Assembly (NCBI GenBank): GCA_964016885.1
Contig: OZ024743.1
Span: 197,284,001 to 197,348,000 of the forward strand
Reading direction: 5' to 3'
DNA length: 64,000 nucleotides
Source: Eledone cirrhosa
Taxonomy: Eukaryota
The stretch's first letter is position 1. Each line of letters starts with the position of its first letter. A program made the translations under genes and the position numbers. Below are positions 53,264-64,000 of the stretch, one piece after another. The notes under the pieces are model-generated. The model ran no database searches. It was given only the letters and a program-made list of their open reading frames with translations, and was not told where the DNA came from.

Positions 53264-53488
53264 TTAACCCTTTAGCATTTAAACTGACTATATCTGGCCA
53301 GAATTCTCTCACCTTTTTCTGTTCAAACCACCCATAACCAGCTGCTCATACTTATGTTAAGGTGTTGTTCTCAATAATAATATCAAAAATAATATCAAAA
53401 TCTCATAGATTCAATATTATGTGAGATAAAGTGTTTACCATGAAAATACAATAGTAAATATAGAGTAATGTAAATGCTAAAGGGTTAA
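53264..53488. mobile_element. MITE family A
   Basis: Perfect termini TTAACCCTTTAGCATTTA / TAAATGCTAAAGGGTTAA. Confidence 0.9.
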
Positions 53489-54284
53489 ATGGCAGCTGAA
53501 TTTTGTCATTGTAGGAAGCCTCTACATGATTACTTGACCAGTAAGAAAGAGCAGCAACCAAATATTCCACATGGTTGGGAGGTATTTGATCAAAAGTCAG
53601 CTAAATCAGAGCTGACCTGGATTTAAAGTAAATATCACTCTTTACACCTGTCCCCCACCCCCCATCAAGATAGAAGTGAATTTAGTGACATTACATTTCA
53701 TCCTATACCTGAGAAATATGAAAATGATAAACCTTTTGATTTTATATAACATCTGTTGAAAGGAATCGTTACATGTCTGCTCTTTTACATTTTCATGAAT
53801 GAAAAGAAAAATCTGCTTGCTAACATCTGTTACTAAAGCAGCAGACAAACAAACATTTTATATCAGGTACTCAATTAAACCATATAAAATGAATATAGGT
53901 AAAGGAAATAGGGACAGATAGATTTAAGAGAGAGAGAAAAAATGGTAAAAAGGAGTGGAGAGAGGGGACAGAGAGAGAAAAAAGGGGTGAATCAGTGTAT
54001 TGTGTGGTCCTAGACCAGTTTAGATTGAGGATATCCAGCTATTTCCAAGTGTTTGGTTAGTTAACACTACACCATATGTCCATATGTCTACTCAATTAAA
54101 ACAGCAACAGCAAAAAAACTTCTCATAACAAGCCTGAATTTCAGGTGAAATGCATCTGAAAGTTCTAGTTTCAATGGACTTCTTTGTAATTTCTAATCCA
54201 ATAGAACATAATCTTCATATTTCTTACATGTTAAGTGAACATCTAGTTACATGTTTTACAGTATAATATTTCTGTTATATATAT

Positions 54285-54716
54285 ATGCTGCATTGTAGTG
54301 AAACATAGGCTGTGGCTGCAGAGAACATACATAGTCCAGAGAGAAAAAAAGCAACCATGCTTCATGGAATGTGCAATGTAAGTGTGAGAGAAAGGCAGAG
54401 CTTGGATGAGCTGAGGGAAAATCTGGGTTTAAGAGGCATCTGAGGTGGTGTGCAGGAGAGAAAACTGCATTGGTATGGACATGTGATGCACATAGATGAA
54501 GATCGCTGGGTGAAGAAATGCTAGGAAATCCCAGTGGAAGGAAGCCACAGTAGAGGTAGACCAAGAAAGACAAGGGCAGATGTTGTGAGAGCTGACCTCA
54601 AATTGCTGAGACTCACAGAGGAGATGACAAAGGAATACAAGTGGAGAGATGCCGTGATGAGAAGGACTAATCCAACCCATGCAAGTGTGAAAAAACAGAC
54701 ATAATAATGCTGATGA
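54285..54716 (+). pseudogene. RTE-clade LINE ORF 3' fragment with stops
   Basis: LHCSET*...DELRENLGLRGI*GGVQERKLHWYGHVMHIDEDRWVKKC*EIPVEGSHSRGRPRKT; tail ACCCATGCAAG...GATGAT. Confidence 0.88.
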
Positions 54717-54753
54717 TATATATATATGAATGCAACTAAATATTATAAAGCCT

Positions 54754-55219
54754 TTAACCCTTTCATGACCACATTTCTAATGAAATACAGTCTATTTTAA
54801 TTAATTAACACTTTAGCATTCAAACCGGCCATACCTGGCTAGAAATGTCTCACCTCTTTCTGTTCAAACCAGTTGAAACTGGCTGCTGATACTGACGTTA
54901 AGGTATTGTTCTCAAAATAAATAACCTCAAAATATCATAGATTTCGATATTATGTGTGATAATTATGTAAGATAAAGTGTTTACTACAAAAATAAAATAG
55001 GATATATAGAATAATGTGAATGCTAAAGGGTTAATGAAGAATTTTGAGGGAGTTACTAAAATTATTAATTATAACATTACTAAGATAGTAACTTAATGTA
55101 AGGTTCTTATATAAAGTTATGTTTGAAGATTTTAATTTAAATTGGAAAGTTTTAATGTGGGTGGTTTTATTTCATAGAACCAGAGCTGGTTTTGGCAAGA
55201 TTGGTAACTAAAGGGTTAA
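54754..55219. mobile_element. MITE family B with nested MITE A (54805-55034)
   Basis: Outer TTAACCCTTT...AAAGGGTTAA; inner TTAACACTTTAGCATT...ATGCTAAAGGGTTAA. Confidence 0.88.
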
Positions 55220-55249
55220 TACAATGTTGTAATGCTTTTAAAGGCACAC

Positions 55250-55530
55250 TGACTTCGCTAAAATGCTGAGCTCATGATCGCAAGGTTCTGAGTTCAATTC
55301 CTGGACCAGGCAGTGCAATGAGTCCTTGAGTAAGACACTTTATTTTACATTGCTCTAGTCTATGCAGCTGGAAAAAATGAGTTGCAATGACACTAGGACC
55401 AAGATGTATTGGCCTTTATCTTTCCATTGAACAAGTGTTGTGAATAGGGAAGACGTGCATACATAAGTCATTGCTGGTCTTCCACAAAACACCTTGCCCA
55501 GGCTTGAGCCTTAGTGAAGCAACCCATGGC
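55250..55530 (+). mobile_element. Diverged tRNA-derived SINE (50209 type)
   Basis: GAGTTCAATTCCTGGACCAGG...CCTTGAGTAAGACACTTTATTT...CCACAAAACACCTTGCCCAGG. Confidence 0.75.
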
Positions 55531-58500
55531 CAGTCAGTCAATGAATATGTAACCCATTGCCAGGCAAAGAGGACCCTTTTTTTGTTGCCTTTCAATTAGG
55601 AAAATATTGAAGTTTTTAACAATAACTTATCACTTAGCTAATATTCTATTTTTATATAAACTTAATCTGTCACCCAGTTTAAAACTATCGCCTGACTCTT
55701 AGGTAACTTTATAAGAGTCTACTGCTGTTGCCAGAATGTGGACTGGATCTCCAAACTGAGGATAACTCATGGATCTTGGTTTCTCCCTCCATTTAGCCAA
55801 CTATTCCTGGATTTTCTATAAACCCTTAGGAGCTGACAGGGCCAATCTATCGACCGAAAAGTTGAATGACAAAGAAGATGACTGGGCCAATCCATTGGCC
55901 TGATAATACAAGCCTCGAGATTAGCTGGCAGATCTAAATACCAGCCAGTCAGATTGCTTCTCACATTTCTTGCACATCTGGGCCTTTCAATGGTGGCTTC
56001 CATGATAGTTGTGTTCTGTGTGTGATTTATTTATCATGCACTTTATTTTATGTAGGGCTTGTGAAAAGGGGTCTGTCTTCTTGGCACTGAAACTCTAAAT
56101 GAGGCTTTGTCTCCAAAGGGTTAAAAGGTTATGGGTGCTGTCCTTCCTTCTGTAACAAAGCCATAGGAAAATGATTTAAATATTCTAAATATACTTCTCT
56201 ATTTAGAAATAGAAATTCTACATAAAATGCATTATTTTTCAAAAAGGGAAATTTTAAGAATTTATTCATAAACAAGAACACATTAATGAAACAAACAGAT
56301 GTAAAAGAAAATGCTGGAAGGCATTAAGTAGTTTCCAGACATTTTGTATTAATTTATGATAATTCATAATCACCATTTCCTAATATACAAAAAAAAAAAA
56401 TTCTAAAGAAAACTTCTAAAATAACAATAGTAATCTTTGATTTCGTAAGCAGCTGTAAAAACTCAATAATCAGTTCCCTTCTTTCACTACTCTCTTCTAT
56501 CCACTTCCCATCACTTTAATGTTTACTATATCTACGCTACAACCATGGCTCTCAGTAGTAGTAATGCTATTGAACTAGGGATATGGTATAAATCTTGTGT
56601 TAAACATCTGACCATCATCACCACCACCAACCACCAATCATCACAATAATTATTCAATGTTTGGCAGATGGTGCACTCTTTGCTAATTTGCAGGTGTAGA
56701 CTCCCCAAGGTGTTGGAAGGAGAATCACTGAGTAACTATGTTTTGAACTGGATGCTTCCAACATTTTTCAAAATGTCCTCATCTCAAAATATCCCAAAAC
56801 ACCATCTCAGTTTACATTTAATAATTAAAACAATTACTTTAAGAGTTGCAGGGTTGGAATATTCATAAACACCCTTTCTTAAACAGAAATCAGAGTTATA
56901 ACTATCGCTAACATTAAGGACCCTTTAGTTATGTCAAAGACATGACTACCCCCATAGTGTTGTTGATCTATGCAATAAAAACACTCAGTAAAGTGGTTGG
57001 TGATAGGAAGGGTATCAATCCTAAGAAAACCTGCCAAACAAAGAGTTAGAGGTACCCTTCAGCTGTATCAAAGATATATTAACTTCCCGAGTGCTAATGT
57101 CACAATAAAATGCCCTTGGTTGAGTGTGGGGGCTTATGTAAACGAGATGCAGGTCACCAATTTATGAGAGGTCAGTAGCCTCACTTCAGTAACGATTCAG
57201 TCTGTGAAGACCTGACCACGACCACCATCACCATCATTTGCTCTAGTTCTCTACACTCTGAATTCAAGTAGCAGTGAAAAGTCAGCCTCTCACCTTTCCA
57301 GGGCAATAAAACCACTGAGGTTCATTCAATCAACTAACTACTTAACCCAAATTTATGCTTATCTTAGAAATTTTTTTTCTGCCTTCAGACCAGAGCATGA
57401 CCAGAGTAAGTATATGATTAAGCCTTTAATTACCATATTTCTAATGAATGTGTTTCAATTAATTTTGAGCAGGAACAAACATTTGGAAAAATTTAATGAA
57501 ATAGCTACCATATATTCTCATATATAAGCCAAGAAATATGTGCCAATAAAAAAAAAATTTGATGGTAAAATGGGAAGTTGACATATTCAAGGTCAATATT
57601 TTGCAGGTGAATATTACACTTTTGACGTGAAATTTGCATTTCCTATTGTTTTTGGTATGTTTTGAATGTAAAGGGGCTTCAAACTGGTAGGGAAAGAGAG
57701 CATATGTTATATTTGTGCATATAACTTGGTAATGAATATTGACTTGTAAGTGTTTATATATTTATAAAGTATAATTTAAATTAAGTGGAGAAAGTTTTAT
57801 ATGGTAAAATTTAAATTAAATGAAGACAGACTTTTAGAGAATACCATGTTAATTTTCAGGCACTCTATAATTCAGAGCATGCATGACTAGTGTGTTTGAC
57901 TCATGATCCTAAGGTTGTGGGTTTGATTCCTGGATCAGGTGGCACTTGATCTTGAGCTTCATTTCATACCTTTTGAGACAGGACTGGGGTCTCATATTAA
58001 AACACCCAAAAAAGCTTCAATGAGAGGCCAGCTAAATCTACGTAGGTGTGAGCTGTAAGATGTAAATTTCATTTTTCATTTATAATTCTTATTAATTTAC
58101 ACGTACTCTATAATTCCTAGAGGGTTCTTCCTAGTATATGTGCATCTCTAACCAATACAATATTTTTAATTTCCTGGAGAGATATTAAGGAGTGATTTGA
58201 TGAAGATGGTTGCTAACATGGTGAGCAATTAAATACAGGGGATTCTTTGTACCTATTTACAGCAAGGGGCACTGTGCAACTGTGCATCATCAAAGACAAG
58301 TGTTTGAGCCATGGACACAGTGCATATGGGTGATATGAACTGCAACTGGTTATCTGACACCAAATTTTCTCAGCCATCAGCATTCTCATTATATACACAT
58401 TTCTTTAAATAGTAAAATACACTCACACGCATGCACACACAAACATATAATTAATGTGTGTGTGTGTGTGAGTATGTGTGTGTATGTGTGTGCACACATG

Positions 58501-59510
58501 GATATGGCTGGGTGTGTCAGTAAAATACGCAACAGTGATTCTCTATTTGCTGAAATACAAACTGCCAACTACTCCAGAGAGAAGGGATCAGAGCTTCAGG
58601 AACAGTTATGAAATATTGCAAAATCTAACCAATTCAATTAGTTTTCAATAAACTCTGAATAAACGAACCATCAAACAAACACTTAACAGAGTGTTTGTTC
58701 AACTGTGAGCTAAAGATCTGCCACTCAGCATTGGTGTGGTAGTAATTAGAACAATGTGGATCAGTGATTAGGGGAACTTCTAATTTGCCAAAGAATGCCA
58801 TAACTTGCCCAATGTGCAATATAAACCAAGAAAAAAGCCTCAAAAGGTAATTGTAATGAATTCTTGTAAGATTCTGGACTGCTGGCCATTTTGGCTGATT
58901 CTAATATATAGAAAATGAGCATTTCTAAAAGGAAGTGCTTCGAGAGTCTTTCTTGGTCTATCTTTAGTAATTGGAGATGGCTCTTTTCCAAATTAATCAT
59001 AATTTCACATTACATTGAAAATGAATCTTTATACAGCAAACTTATAGGAAATCACTGTAGCACACAATTATCACAAGATATAAAGAGAACTACACACACA
59101 CACACACACTCACACACACACATATTGTGCATAAAAGATTGAAACTAAATGAAATCATTACATAAAAGAATGACACGACATAAGAAATATTCTGATTTGC
59201 TGTCCCTGAATAAGGAATAAATCTGAATTTAAGATTTCTAGCATACATGCATCATTCACTCACTCCCATTTGCACCCCCACTTCCTTTGCTAGATCCTTT
59301 TATTTCATCTCTATCTCTTTCTTATCTATATCTCTCTATCTTTCTCTCTCTCTATATATATATATATCATCATCTCATCATCATCCTCGTTTAACGTCCA
59401 TCTTACACGCTAGCATGGGTTAGACGGATATATATATTATATATATATATGGGTGGGGGGTATGTGTGTGTTTGTATATTTTAAACATATATTTATGTAT
59501 ATATATATAT

Positions 59511-59856
59511 ATCATCATCATCATCATTTCATTTTACGTCCGCTTTTTCCCTGCTTGCAAGGGTGGGACGGGAACTGATTCTGGCTTGATTTCTACAGCT
59601 GGATGCCCTTCCTAACACCAACCTCATTTACAGTGAGTGCTGGGTGCTTTTTTGCCGTGGCACCTCCACGACCACTTTGCAGTGGAATGATAGGGACTCC
59701 AGTCCCTATCATCTCATTTCTACAGCTGAGTAAACTGGAGCAATGTGAAATAAAGTGTCTTGCTCAAGGAAACAACACATCACCCGGTCTGAGAATTGAA
59801 CTCACAACCTTTCGATTGCAAGGCCAATGCTCTAACCACTAAGCCATGTGCCTCCA
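59511..59856 (-). mobile_element. SINE family A, 1 internal module
   Basis: Full head-core-tail; both sides in (TA)n. Confidence 0.93.
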
Positions 59857-59975
59857 TATATATATATATATATGTATATACATATATATATATATATACA
59901 CACATATATCTATATATATGTATATAGTGTGCTCGTGTACGTACACACACACACATTGAATATGCCCACACACAC

Positions 59976-60054
<79 letters not shown>

Positions 60055-60314
60055 AGCACAAACTCAAACATATATAAACACAAACTCAAACATATATTAC
60101 CACATACACAAGCATGTAATTGTATAAAAAGGATATATTTTGACTTACACACACACATACATAAACAAAAGACATATGATTGGATGTGGGTGTCTATGCA
60201 TACATATATATATATATTATAAAAATACATGTTAAATATATATACACCTAGATATTTATAAAGGCAGTGTTAAGAAAGAAATTAGAATAAAATAAACAAA
60301 CATATGTAAGCATT

Positions 60315-60412
60315 TATATATATATATATATATAAATGCTTACATATATATATGTTTATATATGCTTATATATATATATATATATACATGCTTATATATA
60401 TATATATACATG

Positions 60413-60468
<56 letters not shown>

Positions 60469-60918
60469 CATACATATACATACATATACATACACATATA
60501 TACATATACATACATATACATACATACATATATATACATACATATATACACACATACATACACACACACATATACATACATATATATATATATACATACA
60601 CATATATATACATATATATACATATACATACATACATATATATATATACACATATACATATATATATATGCATCTACATACATACATATATACATCTACA
60701 TACATATATACATCTACATACATATATACATCTACATACATATATATATATCTACATACATATATATATATCTACATACATATATATATCTACACATATA
60801 TACATCTACATACATATATATACATACATATACACATCTACATATATATATATATATACATATACACATCTACATACATATATATATATATACACATATA
60901 TACATCTACATACATATA

Positions 60919-60950
<32 letters not shown>

Positions 60951-61000
60951 CATACATACATATACATCTATATCTACATACATATACACATAGATATATA
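60315..61000. repeat. ~680-bp compound (TA)/(TACA)/(TACATC) microsatellite
   Basis: Direct reading; source of the Y/I/H-rich pseudo-ORFs. Confidence 0.95.
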
Positions 61001-61354
61001 TTTAAAGGTGAAGACGAAAAGGAATTTTTTGAAAAGAAAATCTGGAGAATTCAATACAGGAATTCATATAAGTTTTCTCTACATAGATTATATGCAGGAT
61101 TAACCAAAGAATATATTTGTTATTGGATAGTTTTACCAGAGAAAAGGTTTCTAATTTATATACAGATTAAATCGAAATACAATTTAGTCATTGGTTCAAT
61201 GATGTTTATGCTTTAACCAACATTTCCCAAAACACTTGCTATGTATCTAGACTGGTTGCACCTCACACAATTTTCAAAATAAGTTATCACCAAAGCTTTT
61301 CCTAATATACCAAACAATGTTCATATGTTTACCCATGTACACACATGTAGGTAT

Positions 61355-61635
61355 AATAATAATAGTTTCTACTTTAGGCACAAGGCCAGCAATTTGAAGG
61401 GGGAAGTCGATTAAATAGACCCCAGTGCATTACTGGTGCTTCATCTATCGACCCCCATAAGGATGAAAGGCAAAGCTAACCTTTACAAGTTGCGGTCCTT
61501 AACATTCTGAGTTCAAATCCCGCTGAGGCTGGCTTTGCCTTTCATCATTACGGGGTTGATAGATGAAGCACCAATAATGCACTAGGGTCAATTCAATCAA
61601 CTTTCCTCTCCCCTTTAAATTGCTGGCTTTATAAT
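61355..61635. mobile_element. Head-to-head inverted pair of partial SINE family B copies
   Basis: 61355-61482 (minus) and 61492-61635 (plus) share the variant TGGTGCTTCATCTATC / GATAGATGAAGCACCA. Confidence 0.85.
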
Positions 61636-62234
61636 AATGAAAATTATTGTGTACAGTTCTCAGGTGCACTACAACTCATCAAAGGTGCATGTATAGTACA
61701 TAGAATGATATACAAATGTCAGGAGAGTAAACAGTGTATGAGTCATGACATACACACAGATACATGTGGGTGTATGTGTGTGTGCATATATTTATATGTA
61801 TATATATATCCAACATTGCTAGTAAGGAAAGTAGATGTTAAACAATGATTACATATACACACATACACACACACACAAATATATGCAAAATTTAAAGAAT
61901 AATAAAGCAAACAACACTGTATAATGAAGAAATATATTAGTTTATGCTTGATAAAGTAGAAGAGTCTTTTACACACACATACAAACATGTAAAAAAGGGT
62001 GCTTTCAAAAATGTTTGCTTACATAAAATTTTGCAATATATAAGTGTTAATGTCATGATAGTGCTCAAAATCACTAGATAGCAGTAGTTAAAACATGTAC
62101 AGTAAATTTTGGTACCATATTTTTAATGAAAGTGACTGCATCATCATCGTTTAATGTCCATTTTCCACGCTAGCATGAGTTAGATGGGTTGTCCCATTAG
62201 AGGCATGTCGGGTTTCTCTCTCTCTCTATTCTAT

Positions 62235-62621
62235 ATCATCATCATCATTTTACATCTGTTTTTCCCTGCTTGCAAGGGTGGGACGGGAACTGATTCTGGC
62301 CTGATTTCTACAGCTGGATGCCCTTCCTAACACCAACCTCATTTACAGTGAGTACTGGGTGCTTTTTTTTCCGTGGCCCCTACATGTCCACTTTACAGTG
62401 TGGACTGGGTGTTTTTTTTGCTGTGGCACCTCCACGACCACTTTGCAGTGGAATGATATGGACCGCAGTCCTATCATCTCATTTCTACAGCTGAGTAAAC
62501 TGGAGCAATGTGAAATAAAGTGTCTTGCTCAAGGAAACAACACATCACCCGGTCTGAGAATTGAACTCACAACCTTTCGATTGCAAGGCCAATGCTCTAA
62601 CCACTAAGCCATGTGCCTCCA
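62235..62621 (-). mobile_element. SINE family A, 2 internal modules
   Basis: Near-identical to 2038-2434. Confidence 0.93.
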
Positions 62622-62732
62622 TTATATGTGTGTGTGTGTGAGTGTGTGTGAACCCCGAGTTCAATCAGGGTAACCACAGTAAGTGAAGTACTCAATAGAT
62701 TAGTAGAGTATATACAAAATTTAATATAGAAA

Positions 62733-62786
62733 TGGCTTCTACAGGACTAGAACTGTTTCATTCGAAAGAAATCATCAGGAAAGCCA
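62733..62786 (-). ncRNA. Type I hammerhead ribozyme motif at the 5' end of a ~130-bp repeated element (62655-62786)
   Basis: Minus strand: TGGCTTTC CTGATGA T-TTC-TTTC-GAA-T GAA ACAG-TTCTAGTC-CTGT A GAAGCCA. 7-bp stem I with one bulge, intact core, 4-bp stem III, GUA triplet. Confidence 0.75.
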
Positions 62787-62788
62787 AC

Positions 62789-62820
<32 letters not shown>

Positions 62821-63809
62821 CGAGAGAGAGACACACACACATAGAGAGAAAGAGAGAGAGGGGGGGAGAAAGAGAGAGAGAATGAGAAAGGATTGGGTAT
62901 ATATATATGCATTTGCATCTATCTATGTGAAATTATGCTACATACTACCTACCACTAATAGTTTCATACGAGCTTGAATATATCTAATGACAAATATGAG
63001 CTTGCATGTGGGTATGAATATGTATTTCCAAAGAAGTACACATGTGTGTGCCTGTGTATGTTTAGAGAGAGAAGGATCCCAGTGTGATACATAAATCTAT
63101 TACCAGAAAAATCAACTAGTTTGGTTACCAGAAAGCACTGCTCAAATCATGAACAATACTAAAATCAATACCAAGAATGGGAAGCAATAAGCAACAACAG
63201 AAAGAATTAACAGATGATAAGCAAACAGCATTGTTCAGTTAGAACCAATAAATTAATGTATACACCAGATTTCAATAACAAACCATAAAAAATATCACAT
63301 ATTCATTCATAGAACGTATGTGTACATGACTTTATGGCTGTTTACAAATATACTTAAGTAAATACATATTTTTGTAGTTGCGTGTTTAAATAGGGAACAG
63401 TGTTCCTTTCAAATGAGTTATACTAAAGACGTGGCTGTGTTTTAGATTAATCTTTTTTAAGAGATTTTTCATACTTCTATACTGGCCCTTTATATTTAGT
63501 TCGAAATGATAGCCGTCAAATCAAATGCAATGTAGTAAAATTAGATGAAAGAACATTACTTGACACCACTGTAGTTCTGTACAGAATTCCACAAAAAATA
63601 AAAAAGTATCTATGGAGGATTTACAAATAAGAAAATACAAATCAAAAATCAACACAGACACAAGAAATTAAGTATGAAAATTACCAGGACTTAAACACTG
63701 AATAATTTTCGAAATCTAGCATTGAAGATTTAACTAGTATTCCCAGGATCCTTTGCAACCTACTATATAGTGAGTACAGAACATGCCATTATTAACAACA
63801 TGCGAAGGT

Positions 63810-64000
63810 CAGTGGAAGGCAGTATCGATAGAGTGTCTGACAACATGCTTCGCAACCTAGTTACGGCCCTTTACTTTCTGAGTTTAAATCCAACCGAGGT
63901 TAGCATTGCCTTTCATCCTTACATGGTCGATAAAATAAAGTACCAGGAATACATTGAGGTCAATTTAGTCGACTTTCCCCTTCCATTCAAATTGCTGGCT
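63810..64000 (+). mobile_element. SINE family B, runs off the window end
   Basis: GGCAGTATCGATAGAG...GAGTTTAAATCC...GCCTTTCATCCTTACATGGTCGATAAAATAAAGTACCAG. Confidence 0.88.

Noticed and set aside
58673-58699. 10-bp perfect hairpin AACAAACACT-TAACAG-AGTGTTTGTT as pre-miRNA or terminator
   Set aside because: Too short for a pre-miRNA, no match to conserved miRNAs I recall, and intrinsic terminators are not relevant here.

Overview
AT-rich eukaryotic, repeat-dominated non-coding DNA (intronic or intergenic). The SINE families and dense (TA)n/(CA)n/(GAT)n microsatellites suggest an octopus/cephalopod genome; this is inference from recall, not a search. I found no credible intact protein-coding gene. 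Nearly all ORFs in the track are microsatellite artefacts, and the only protein-like ones are decayed 3' ends of RTE-clade LINEs. The window contains: two tRNA-derived SINE families (a young composite family whose 3' tail matches a local RTE LINE, and a family that forms tandem arrays); two TTAA-flanked piggyBac-type MITE families nested into each other and into a SINE; a non-autonomous Helitron; a 48-bp minisatellite grown from a SINE/LINE module; and many foldback (inverted-repeat) elements. The most notable signal is a set of sequence-unrelated minimal type I hammerhead ribozyme motifs of the kind known from Penelope-like elements/retrozymes (about 4.8, 5.3, 11.6, 35.5 and 62.7 kb, plus decayed copies at about 28.0 and 47.8 kb). 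All are on the minus strand, and a foldback family appears to be built from hammerhead 3' halves. All structures were read by eye, repeat boundaries are approximate, and nothing has been tested.
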